The position numbers and the translations under genes are program-made. Below are positions 25,528-35,157 of a stretch of DNA of 64,000 nt, one piece after another. The notes under the pieces are model-generated. The model was not told where the DNA came from, did not search any database, and saw only the letters and a list, made by a program, of their open reading frames with translations. The stretch is from an uncultured virus (IMG/VR IMGVR_UViG_3300006674_000076) (taxonomy: Duplodnaviria > Heunggongvirae > Uroviricota > Caudoviricetes): positions 1-64,000 of IMG/VR virus record IMGVR_UViG_3300006674_000076. One strand, given 5' to 3'. Positions within the stretch are counted from its first letter, which is position 1; every line of letters begins with the position of its first letter.

Positions 25528-28086
25528 ATGGCAGATGTAATGGGCAAAGGTAGTGGCGAACAGTTTAACATTGAAGTAACTGTTAATGTAACGCAGGCAA
25601 AAACAGCTTTAGCTGGCATCAGTAAAAGCCTTGACAGTATTACTAAGAAGGTTGGCACATTAACAAGCAAAATAATTGATTTGCAGTCACGTATTACTGC
25701 TTTATATTCTCAGCCAATAAATACGCAGTTAATGTTAAATGTCAGCTTCGTCTCTGCCAATGTTGATGAAGCGTCTTTAGATGCCGCAGTCCAAAACATC
25801 GTATCACGAATTAAAGCAAGGTTGCAGTTAGCTGGAGAACAAAACCAGTTCGCTTTGCCAGTAACTCTTACTTCTAAGGGTGGCAAAGGTGCTACGAGTG
25901 TAGACGCCATCGTTGCAATGACGACTGCAATGCAACAGGCTGTAACAGAGCTAACCAAAAACATACAGAATACATCGGAAAGCATAAACAAGTTAGATGA
26001 AGGCTTATCTAAAGTAACAAAGAAAGCTACGCAGCTTAAGAGAGTATCTGGCGGTAGAGGACAAGGCGGTTTATTAGATAAGGTATTCTTGTCAAGACGC
26101 GTAACGTATTCCACTGTTTATGAAACCATATTCGGACAGCTTGGTTACTTGGTTTGGGCTGTAAGAAACGTATCACTAACTGCATCTAATATTGGTAGAA
26201 CAATAAAGTCGATGGTTATTGACACGGTTGGTGTTCAGCAAAACTTCATGCTAACACTAACAGCCATTACTGGTTCTTTAGAAAAAGCAAACGAGCTTAA
26301 GAATACCATTTGGGAGATATCCAGAACTGTTGGCGTAGACATGGCATCTCTAATGCATACGGCTCAGCAGGCGGCTGTTTACAATATTCCTTATCAAAGG
26401 ATACAAGATATGCTACAAACCATACCTGTATTTGCACAAATGGTTGGCACTGTTAGTGGTGGTGGAGCTGCTGGAGCTTCGGCTATAACAAGCAGAGCAA
26501 TTATGGCTATAGGTCAGATGTATAAAAAAGGTAAGGTAGTAGCAGAAGAAAGAAGGCAGCTTGCCAACATTGGCATTAATATCGTAGAACTCATAGCACA
26601 GGGAATGAATAAGCCACCAGCAGAAGTAGAAGACATGATGAGAAAAGGGCTTCTAACAAACGTAGATGAAGTCGTAGGAATGATTATGAAAGAGCTTAGC
26701 AAGAAAACAGATGCCATCGTTAAATACATAGGAACTACCACTACTGGTGCACTTAATATAGCCATTTCTTCGTTAAACCAGATATGGACAACAGTTGCTG
26801 GAACAATAGCTAAAGTGCTAATGCCAGTGCTGTTAACCGTTTCTTCGGTTCTTCAAAGAATAGCAGCTCAAGTTACTGAAACTGGTAATCTATTTTTAGC
26901 GATAAAAAATAACGTAAGCAGCTGGCTGTATAACATGATAGTAACTACATACGCTTGGCTTGTTAATATATATAATATTATCGCCAACATATTCAAAGTG
27001 GTTATAAATATACTATTTGGGACAAGTAACATATTAAGACCGATACTAATGACTCTTATGGCTGGAACTCTGATATTTTGGATTACATCTTCAGTCCTAA
27101 GACTGATGAAACCTATGATTGGGTTCTTAATGACCATTTGGAAGCTGTCATTCTATATCAAAGAAAACTATAAGAAGTGGATTGGTTGGATTAGTGGTGC
27201 AGCCAAGGGATTAGTTGGAGTAATAACTGGAGCTACAAGTTTAAGTGCTGTATTATCTGGAATAATGGCTAAAGCCACTATTGCTGCCAATATGCTAACG
27301 CTTGGTATAGCTACTGGCATATTTGCTCTTTCACTTTATTTGGTTAACGTTGTAGATAGAACCTTAAATCGCAAGATTAACCAATCGCTTGATAAACTGG
27401 AACAACAAACAAAGGAAGCATCTGACACTATGAAAAACGCTTTTATACAGCCTACACAAGCTACAGCCAAGATGAAGGACAACATGTCCAGCGTTGCAGA
27501 TAGCACAAAAGAAATTAAGGATAACCTACAAAGCTTTGACGTAATACATGCTATAGAACAACAAGCAGAGATGGTGGCGAACATCCCAGAAGTTCCAGAA
27601 ACAATTATTGATATTGAGATGCAAGACTACTCTAAATTCTTAGACAATTTGGTAAAAGAAGCCACCAATATTGATACAAGTATTACATCGGCTGTTATTC
27701 CTAAGCTTGAAGATATGTCTATAAACTTTAGAGATATTTGGGAAACAGTTAAAGGAGACCTGAAAAATGTGTTTAAGTTTTTAATAGATGGGTTCACCAA
27801 TCTTTGGAATGATATCAAACTTATGCTTGGCATAGGACAAGACATAGGACCTACAAGATTTATGACTCCGTATGAAGCATCTGCTGGATGGACACAGCAG
27901 TTAACAAAAAGTAGTATACCTCCACTTGTTCAAGTAGAGCCAAAGTTCACGCCAGCACCATCGTGGTATAAGCCAGGTGTAACAGAGCCTAAAATAGTGC
28001 TCGAGATAAAAGAAAGCAAGAATGAATACCCAGAGTTCATAACGAGAGAAATACTTATAAATGGTAATAGGGTTCAAATTCCCTAA
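25528..28086 (+). CDS. tape measure protein
   Basis: 852 aa; A.GQM..KGKV.AEE.RQL tape-measure motif, hydrophobic central stretch. Confidence 0.88.
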   Translation: MADVMGKGSGEQFNIEVTVNVTQAKTALAGISKSLDSITKKVGTLTSKIIDLQSRITALYSQPINTQLMLNVSFVSANVDEASLDAAVQNIVSRIKARLQLAGEQNQFALPVTLTSKGGKGATSVDAIVAMTTAMQQAVTELTKNIQNTSESINKLDEGLSKVTKKATQLKRVSGGRGQGGLLDKVFLSRRVTYSTVYETIFGQLGYLVWAVRNVSLTASNIGRTIKSMVIDTVGVQQNFMLTLTAITGSLEKANELKNTIWEISRTVGVDMASLMHTAQQAAVYNIPYQRIQDMLQTIPVFAQMVGTVSGGGAAGASAITSRAIMAIGQMYKKGKVVAEERRQLANIGINIVELIAQGMNKPPAEVEDMMRKGLLTNVDEVVGMIMKELSKKTDAIVKYIGTTTTGALNIAISSLNQIWTTVAGTIAKVLMPVLLTVSSVLQRIAAQVTETGNLFLAIKNNVSSWLYNMIVTTYAWLVNIYNIIANIFKVVINILFGTSNILRPILMTLMAGTLIFWITSSVLRLMKPMIGFLMTIWKLSFYIKENYKKWIGWISGAAKGLVGVITGATSLSAVLSGIMAKATIAANMLTLGIATGIFALSLYLVNVVDRTLNRKINQSLDKLEQQTKEASDTMKNAFIQPTQATAKMKDNMSSVADSTKEIKDNLQSFDVIHAIEQQAEMVANIPEVPETIIDIEMQDYSKFLDNLVKEATNIDTSITSAVIPKLEDMSINFRDIWETVKGDLKNVFKFLIDGFTNLWNDIKLMLGIGQDIGPTRFMTPYEASAGWTQQLTKSSIPPLVQVEPKFTPAPSWYKPGVTEPKIVLEIKESKNEYPEFITREILINGNRVQIP

Positions 28087-28100
28087 TAAGGTGATACAGA

Positions 28101-28499
28101 ATGCCAGAAAATAGAGTTATGTTAGAAATAGATGGGGCAAAGATGCCCACTCCAACGGAGATTAAATACGGCGAATATGTGTTGTCAAAAGCCGAGAGAA
28201 ATCTACTAGGGAACATGGCATTCGCTTACATAAACAAGAAGATAAGGATTGATGTAAGATATGCGGCTTTAAGAGAAGATGAATTAAAGAACCTAAAATT
28301 ACACTTATACTACACAAACGCTGGTGGTAAATGCATACATCAGGTAACCGTTATATTCCCTTCTATGGCTGGACCAAATGACAAAAGCGTTGTAACATCG
28401 TTTAGAGCTTATGTCGGAGACTTAGAATACTCTACGCTAATACTTAAGCCAGACGGTATGTGGTATAAAGACGTTACATTCCAGTTGGTGCAATTATGA
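28101..28499 (+). CDS. putative distal tail protein
   Basis: Follows TMP; IDG..MPTP..RN..G....F.AY.GD..Y.DV.F.L. Confidence 0.6.
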   Translation: MPENRVMLEIDGAKMPTPTEIKYGEYVLSKAERNLLGNMAFAYINKKIRIDVRYAALREDELKNLKLHLYYTNAGGKCIHQVTVIFPSMAGPNDKSVVTSFRAYVGDLEYSTLILKPDGMWYKDVTFQLVQL

Positions 28500-29872
28500 T
28501 AGCGATAACAGACTTTTACGGTAGACTTTATGGCTCTGGCATATCTGAGACATTAGATGCTGATGACATCTTAGAAGCACAGTTCATGCAGAACATGTTT
28601 TGGGAAGGTAGAACTGTTGTTAAAGGCACTGGATATATCAAAATACTGGACTACGAAGAGAAATACAACATAGTTAATCCAAAGTCCAGCTTTGCCACAT
28701 TAAAAAGCTACGAAGATGTTAAGCTTAATGGCTATTTCATACTAAAAGACGAAAACGACAACACAAAGAGAATTGATTTTGATAGATGGTTTCTTAAAGA
28801 AATAGAGTTCTCTAAAGTTAATAAGGTGGCTACGCTACATTTTGAAGATGTTCTTGGTAAGTTTGATAGAATGACTTATGAGGGTTATGGATTAGTGAAG
28901 CCAGTCACAGTAAGTGGCTATTATTGGAGAATATTAAATGGTAATCCATATAAGGCATTTCCACAAATGGTTAGTAAACCATTCCTGTTTGAGGGCACGG
29001 AAGAAAATGCAGGCGACTTGTGGTGTGCATTAAAGCAAGGAACGTATTTTAGCATTCTATCAAGCTTGTCGCAGTCTGTTGGAGCTGTGCTGTGGGCTAA
29101 TCTTAAAGGAGAAATAATGGCTGATTGGGTAACATTAGAAAATTTGTATATGTCAGGAGATTACATATTCCCTAATCAGCAGGTTGATGTTAACAGTGTG
29201 ACAGATGTTAGAGCAGTTGTAATAGGTGGTTTGGGTATTCCTTCTTTGGCTGTAAAGTACGACTTTGACAACGGAGAAAAAGTAACCATCAGACTCAAAG
29301 GCAGAACTCCAAGATTTACACAGCAACAGTTATATAAGACAATGGAAGTAATGGTACCAGTAGATAACAAGCTGTTTATCAAAGAATACAGACCTGATAA
29401 ATACAATCCTACTGGTTATATGTTTTTAGATGTAGATGAAACTGGAGTAGCATCGTGTTATTATGGTGGAGGTGCTGTGTTTTACTACATTATTCCAACA
29501 CAGGTAGACAGCTTAATGATGTATAGTGGAACTGTAGAAGGAATAATTCCAATTACTGAAGAAGTGCCATTGAACCAGTATATAGATGAAGTTAGCACTG
29601 TAGACCCTACTTTGACTTTAGACTTTCCGATTTTGCAGAACAAAGATTTAATTGAGACAACGTATTTAAGATACAAGAACAGTCCATTCAGAAAGAAACA
29701 TATTGAGATATCTGTAATACCAAGCAGATTAGATGAAATAGCTCCTTATCCCTGCAAGTTTAAGGTAATGAACGAAGATAACTCTGTGGCGTATGATACA
29801 ATATTACATGGTATTAGACATAAATTCAAAGAGGGTGGCTATTCTTATGATGCATTTTGCGTGTTGGTGTAA
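28496..29872 (+). CDS. putative tail tip/baseplate hub protein
   Basis: 458 aa, position. Confidence 0.55.
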   Translation: MIAITDFYGRLYGSGISETLDADDILEAQFMQNMFWEGRTVVKGTGYIKILDYEEKYNIVNPKSSFATLKSYEDVKLNGYFILKDENDNTKRIDFDRWFLKEIEFSKVNKVATLHFEDVLGKFDRMTYEGYGLVKPVTVSGYYWRILNGNPYKAFPQMVSKPFLFEGTEENAGDLWCALKQGTYFSILSSLSQSVGAVLWANLKGEIMADWVTLENLYMSGDYIFPNQQVDVNSVTDVRAVVIGGLGIPSLAVKYDFDNGEKVTIRLKGRTPRFTQQQLYKTMEVMVPVDNKLFIKEYRPDKYNPTGYMFLDVDETGVASCYYGGGAVFYYIIPTQVDSLMMYSGTVEGIIPITEEVPLNQYIDEVSTVDPTLTLDFPILQNKDLIETTYLRYKNSPFRKKHIEISVIPSRLDEIAPYPCKFKVMNEDNSVAYDTILHGIRHKFKEGGYSYDAFCVLV

Positions 29873-29877
29873 TAATC

Positions 29878-30189
29878 ATGAGATATGATGAGAGACCACA
29901 GGCAGAAGTAAAAGTTTTAGGAACTAACACAAACATTTCTAAAACATATGGAGACAGGATTTGTAAAATAGTTAGAGAACAACCAGATGGAGAAGGCAAA
30001 TATAAGATTGTTAAGTTTTATGATGCAGACAACAATCTCATTATGGTTAGCGAATTGCAAGAATTGAATGGAGTATACAAATATAGAACTGAAAAATATT
30101 ACAATAGTAACGGAGTTCTGCAGAGAACTATAACCTATTACTTGCAATACGATTCAGACGGTAACCTTGTAAGCGAGGAGGTTCTGTAA
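29878..30189 (+). CDS. hypothetical tail-region protein
   Basis: ORF with YD.DGNL-like ending. Confidence 0.55.
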   Translation: MRYDERPQAEVKVLGTNTNISKTYGDRICKIVREQPDGEGKYKIVKFYDADNNLIMVSELQELNGVYKYRTEKYYNSNGVLQRTITYYLQYDSDGNLVSEEVL

Positions 30190-30191
30190 GC

Positions 30192-30398
30192 GTGTTTCCA
30201 GAATTGTGGCATGGATTATATCAAAGCTCTTTTGAAGACGTTAGAATAAGCATGGGCTTATTGACTTGTGTTGAGTGGTGGCATGGATTCTTTGGAGAAG
30301 CGTTTAAGAAATACTATTTGTTTGAGTATGTGAACGTGCCTTATATCTTATCTCTTCAGCCAGTATCAGATAGTTGTTTCGTGGAGAAGATATCATGA
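30192..30398 (+). CDS. hypothetical protein
   Basis: GAGGAGG RBS, fills gap, ATGA overlap. Confidence 0.45.
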   Translation: MFPELWHGLYQSSFEDVRISMGLLTCVEWWHGFFGEAFKKYYLFEYVNVPYILSLQPVSDSCFVEKIS

Positions 30399-31657
30399 AC
30401 GAAAGCATAAAAATAAATGACATAATCATACCTGTAGAAGGCAAGGTGAGAATTGAGCTATTAGACGATTACGACAAGCCAATTAAAGTCGTTGAACAAA
30501 AAAACACAATAGCTGACAAAGTTTATAGAGACATAAAATGGACTTTAAGGAATTATTTTAACAATGGTTGTCCCAATAATAGCGACGAAAAACCTCCTTG
30601 GACTTGGTCTCCGTTTAGGGTTATTACCTTACTTTCTGATTGGTTCATATATCACCCGATGGAGGCGAACTTTGAAATCATAGATTTTAAAGATAGCTCG
30701 GAATTTTCTGCAGGGACTAATGTTAACTCGGAAAGAGCGAGGAGAGTTTTTACGTTTGATAAAAATGAAGCTAATGGAACTATAAAAAGCGTAACACTTG
30801 GTCAATTAACTCCACGAACAGGTCTTTTCTGGTCACATTTGGGATTTGGTTCTGCTTGTTTGCCATATGGAATAACATATTGGAAAGAAACAAATGAAAG
30901 TGGTAAGATATGCAAAAATTTTATTTTAACAGAACCGTATGTGGCTGGCAGAACAAGTCTGACGTATTTTAAATATTCTGGAGCGCTTGTTCCAGAATAT
31001 TTAAAACGCGTCAGCACAATGTTTGGACCAACATACTACGGAGTAGCTTTCGATGGTTCTCGGGCTTGGCTGGTTGGAACTGGAGGAAGAATAAAAGTTG
31101 GCAATCCTGATGACCTTACTGGTTGGTGGGATTACGGACTTCCAATTGCCCCAAACGGAATACAATTGGGAACTAACGCAAGAGGATTGGCATATGATGG
31201 TAGCAACTTGTGGTTATTAGAGACAAACGATACAACTTCATGGTTTTTTAAATTAGACACAAGTAATGTTGTAGACATACGAATAATAGATTATTTCGAG
31301 ACACCAAGACCAAATCTTCATGGTTTAGAATATTACGATGGGCATTTATTCACGTTAGACGATAGCATTTTTCACAGTCAGGGGTGCTCTGCAATGCTGA
31401 AAATAAATATAAACTCTCACAACATTGTAAGAACCATTAGGCTAAACGACTGTGCAAACGATATTGCTTGGGACGGTTCTAATTTGTTATCAACAAGATA
31501 TAATTATTATTCTGATGGCACACAATATGGTTCGATAGGTTTAGAACAAACATTTTATTATGAATTTATTGATACTTATTTAAATTTAGAAGAACCGATT
31601 ATTAAAACAAATAAGTATAAGATGAGGATTATATATGACCATATATTCCAAGATTAA
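30395..31657 (+). CDS. tail-region beta-propeller protein 1
   Basis: Repeated G(V/L)A(F/Y/W)DGS.LW blades; C-terminal L..PIIKT..R..YD..F. Confidence 0.6.
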   Translation: MNESIKINDIIIPVEGKVRIELLDDYDKPIKVVEQKNTIADKVYRDIKWTLRNYFNNGCPNNSDEKPPWTWSPFRVITLLSDWFIYHPMEANFEIIDFKDSSEFSAGTNVNSERARRVFTFDKNEANGTIKSVTLGQLTPRTGLFWSHLGFGSACLPYGITYWKETNESGKICKNFILTEPYVAGRTSLTYFKYSGALVPEYLKRVSTMFGPTYYGVAFDGSRAWLVGTGGRIKVGNPDDLTGWWDYGLPIAPNGIQLGTNARGLAYDGSNLWLLETNDTTSWFFKLDTSNVVDIRIIDYFETPRPNLHGLEYYDGHLFTLDDSIFHSQGCSAMLKININSHNIVRTIRLNDCANDIAWDGSNLLSTRYNYYSDGTQYGSIGLEQTFYYEFIDTYLNLEEPIIKTNKYKMRIIYDHIFQD

Positions 31658-32888
31658 CGAAAACAACATTATTGGGAATGTAACAATAGAAAAAATTAAT
31701 GACACTGAAAACATTAAGATAAGCGGAAACAACCATTTAACTTTTTATTGTAGACAGTTGTTAAAGAACAAGGTTAAAATTTGGTTCGGAAGGAATATAC
31801 CGAAAGTTAGATTTCCACAATTTCCGACTCTATTTTCTTTGGCACTGTTGAATAAACCGTATGTTGATGGGAACGAAGTAAAGGAAAACGATATAATATC
31901 AATAAAAGTCGCTCCGCAGGCTACAAATAGTAGCAATGCGTCCTCCAGCAAAGTTCATTGGGTCTTTGATTTCGAAGAGGCAGATGGGCAGGGAAATATA
32001 GAAAGTGTAGTGTGGAGACATGTTTTTGGAAATATTTTGTTTGAGCATACATTTTATAATGAATACAATTACTCAATTTATATAGGTGGCATGTGTTTTG
32101 CCAACGGTAAGGTTTATGTTGCCGCCAGGGGGCACATATATTCAATTGATGTTAATTCGCATGAAATTAATGATGTGGCTTATATTGAAAAAGATGGCTA
32201 TGAAAAATATATAGATTACTTAATTTTCCGAGATGGTTATCTTATAGGGTGTTTTTCTGACCAAGACGATATTGGCTACTATGCCGATATATTTTTTGTG
32301 AATATTAACACATTGCAAATAGACAAAGAATTAATTATTAGGCGAAGTAGCCCAATAAGATATCGGACTATAGAATATGATGGTCAAAGATTAATTGGCT
32401 CTAACAATGGTTTTATACACTTAATAAATCCTGATACTGGCGAAATAATACAAGAATTTAGCATAGACCACTGGATAGATTCAATTGTTTATTTAAACGG
32501 CAAATACTGGGTTTACTACTATGCTAAATTTTTGTGCACATTAGATATAAATACTGGTCAACTAACGCAAATATTTAGACCTGGCTTTGTGTATGCTGAA
32601 ATGAGCGCATATGGTAATAATTTAATTATTCCTAATGATAATGGTTATATTATTGTTTTTGATACAATATCTGAGAGAATTGTAGAAATGGTGCCCACGC
32701 CGTCGCATTATCCTACAAAAGCCATTTTTGATGGAACGCATTATTGGATTTTCTGCGATGATTTTGAGTCTATAGTAGAATACGGCAAACCAATATATGG
32801 AGTAACTTCTTACTACAACCTACCAACTCCGATTGTCAAAACGTCAAATGATATAATTAGAGTAACATATGATTTTCTGTTTACGTGA
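31635..32888 (+). CDS. tail-region beta-propeller protein 2
   Basis: Blade-like repeats; same C-terminal LPTPIVKT..R..YDF.F. Confidence 0.6.
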   Translation: MTIYSKINENNIIGNVTIEKINDTENIKISGNNHLTFYCRQLLKNKVKIWFGRNIPKVRFPQFPTLFSLALLNKPYVDGNEVKENDIISIKVAPQATNSSNASSSKVHWVFDFEEADGQGNIESVVWRHVFGNILFEHTFYNEYNYSIYIGGMCFANGKVYVAARGHIYSIDVNSHEINDVAYIEKDGYEKYIDYLIFRDGYLIGCFSDQDDIGYYADIFFVNINTLQIDKELIIRRSSPIRYRTIEYDGQRLIGSNNGFIHLINPDTGEIIQEFSIDHWIDSIVYLNGKYWVYYYAKFLCTLDINTGQLTQIFRPGFVYAEMSAYGNNLIIPNDNGYIIVFDTISERIVEMVPTPSHYPTKAIFDGTHYWIFCDDFESIVEYGKPIYGVTSYYNLPTPIVKTSNDIIRVTYDFLFT

Positions 32889-32897
32889 GGTGATGAT

Positions 32898-33212
32898 ATG
32901 GACTTTTACATAAAACAAGGAGATACATTGCCGATATTCGCAGTTCAGCTGTTAGATGATAATGGCAATCCAATTGATTTGTCAGGTAGCACAGTTCAGT
33001 TATGGGTAGAAGGCCTGGGAGTTAATCCCAAGGTTATGACAATATACGATGATGCAGTGGTCATGTATAAATTCTCTTCAGAAGAAACAAAAAACTTTGG
33101 CACTTATTTAGCAGAGATTAAAGTTTTATTCAGCAATGGAGACATTATAACTCTACCAACAATTGGAAACATAAAAATACACGTGTATTACACGGTAAGT
33201 GAGGTGATATAA
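32898..33212 (+). CDS. BppU N-terminal-like baseplate protein
   Basis: IKQGDT..L.D.NG.PIDLSG..G.Y.AE..V.F..G...T.P. Confidence 0.65.
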   Translation: MDFYIKQGDTLPIFAVQLLDDNGNPIDLSGSTVQLWVEGLGVNPKVMTIYDDAVVMYKFSSEETKNFGTYLAEIKVLFSNGDIITLPTIGNIKIHVYYTVSEVI

Positions 33213-33215
33213 AGA

Positions 33216-33614
33216 ATGGCATCACAGAATGTTTTCACAGATTATGCGGAGAAAAAGGCTCTTGATGCGGTATTCAATGATCCTGCGAGAACATACGAAA
33301 TGGCTTTGTATACAGTAACTCCTACGGAGACGACATCTGGAACCGAAGTATCTACTAACAGCACTGGATATTCCAGACAAACAATTTCTTTTGGTGAGGC
33401 TACTGGCTCTGGAACTACTCCATCTAAAGTAACAAACGACATTATGGTTACATTCGGTCCAGCTTCTAGTAACTGGGGCACTGTAACTGGCATAGCGATA
33501 TTTGACGATTTGGGCAATATGCTTGTTTATGGAACGCTTGAAGCTTCTCAAACAGTAGCCACTGGTAACAAAGTTGAATTCGCAGTCGGAGCTGTAGAAA
33601 TTAGTTTAGACTAA
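33216..33614 (+). CDS. minor tail/fibre-attachment protein
   Basis: ALYT..P..EV...GYSR..F..A...WGTVT...IFD..GN.L.YG.L. Confidence 0.6.
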   Translation: MASQNVFTDYAEKKALDAVFNDPARTYEMALYTVTPTETTSGTEVSTNSTGYSRQTISFGEATGSGTTPSKVTNDIMVTFGPASSNWGTVTGIAIFDDLGNMLVYGTLEASQTVATGNKVEFAVGAVEISLD

Positions 33615-33665
33615 TTGGTTCGGGGGAGTTAAACACTCCCCCGCTTACAATTAAAAGGTGATGAG

Positions 33666-35156
33666 ATGGCGAACATAAGACAAACCGTTGATTTAACACA
33701 AGGAACTTTAAGTAATCTTATTGTTGAAGATGGCAAGTTAAAGTTACCAAATGTTAATGCTCCAACGTTTACTCGTAGTTCGATTGCTTATAAGAGTGAT
33801 GGTTCACAAGTTGCGGTGAATGTGCCGAGGTTCGAAGCTGGTAAGTTTGGGCAGGGCATATTGATTGAAGAAGGAACAACAAATTTATTACCAAGCAATG
33901 ATGCGCAAGGAAAAACGCAGTTCAGTTCTAACAATAGCAGTCGTTCATCAAATACACTTGAAACATCGTTTGGTCTAAATGATTTATATAGTTTGAAGAG
34001 TGTCCAGCTTGTTGTTACTACTAATAAAGGATTTTATTCTCCATCTTATCCTACGGTAGTTGGTAACGTTTATACTTTTAGCTATTATGTTTACAATGCC
34101 ACTTCAACGTCACATAATTTTACAGCGAGGTTCCACTTTTATGACGGTTCTGGAAAAGTAGTTGAGCGTTTTGAGTCAAACAGCATTCCTGTCCCAGCTC
34201 AGCAATGGAAAAGGATTAGCGTTACGGCTACCGCTCCGTCAGGTTCAACGCAATGTAGGGTAGTGGGTTGGGAGAGTGGAACTACCAGCCAAGTTGGAGA
34301 TGTATATTATTTCGATAACTTCCAGCTCGAGCAGAAAGAATACGCTACAAGTTGGACTGTAGGAACGAGGCAACCTGAGGTTATAACAGTTCCAACGGCA
34401 GGGATATTGAACGCTGGAGAAGGTTCAGCGAGTGTGTGGGTTTATGTAAATGATTTAATTAAGAATACGAGCGCGTGGAGGTATATTCTCGCTCATGGAA
34501 CATCAGACACAGCTAATTTTATTGCCCTTAGACATGGAACAGATAATATGTGGTATGCGATGACTTCTAATGGAGCAGGTCAGCAAAGTATAGTTAAGAT
34601 AAATGATACTTTGCTGATTGGCTGGCATCATTTCGCTATGAGGTGGTCTGTAAGTGAACTTGCTCTGTTTATAGATGGGGTAAAAGTAGGCTCTGTAAAC
34701 AACCCTTATTTACCTTCAGCTATGAACACTAATTTTAGTATTGGTAAGTGGCTGCTTGATGCGTATGGCTGGGTAAATACATACATTGATGATTTAGCGC
34801 TTTATAACCGAGCTTTAAGCGATAGCGAAGTGCAGGCGATATACAGTAGCAATCAGCCAGCTCCGATAACAGAGAATACCACATACGCCTTGAGGTTTGA
34901 TGGAGGGTTAAATTTTGGAAGAGGTGGTTACTACATTTCTCCAGAATACGACTTGTCTACAGTTGGTAATTATGTTAAACACAGAGTTTACTGGCAAGAA
35001 GATGCAGACAAAGAAGAATGCTTAGTTTACGCTAAATTAGACAATCAATCTGATTGGACGCAGCTGACTAATGGTGGTTCTTTACCAATCGTAGAAGGAC
35101 AAGACCTGACTGGCAGGAAGATACAGTTCAAGGTAAAACTGCTGGACTTGGTATGA
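33666..35156 (+). CDS. receptor-binding candidate with carbohydrate-binding and LamG/ConA-like domains
   Basis: IEEGTTNL, WKRISVT..AP, GWHHFA..LFIDG..IDDLALYNRALS..EV. Confidence 0.75.
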   Translation: MANIRQTVDLTQGTLSNLIVEDGKLKLPNVNAPTFTRSSIAYKSDGSQVAVNVPRFEAGKFGQGILIEEGTTNLLPSNDAQGKTQFSSNNSSRSSNTLETSFGLNDLYSLKSVQLVVTTNKGFYSPSYPTVVGNVYTFSYYVYNATSTSHNFTARFHFYDGSGKVVERFESNSIPVPAQQWKRISVTATAPSGSTQCRVVGWESGTTSQVGDVYYFDNFQLEQKEYATSWTVGTRQPEVITVPTAGILNAGEGSASVWVYVNDLIKNTSAWRYILAHGTSDTANFIALRHGTDNMWYAMTSNGAGQQSIVKINDTLLIGWHHFAMRWSVSELALFIDGVKVGSVNNPYLPSAMNTNFSIGKWLLDAYGWVNTYIDDLALYNRALSDSEVQAIYSSNQPAPITENTTYALRFDGGLNFGRGGYYISPEYDLSTVGNYVKHRVYWQEDADKEECLVYAKLDNQSDWTQLTNGGSLPIVEGQDLTGRKIQFKVKLLDLV

Positions 35157-35157
35157 C

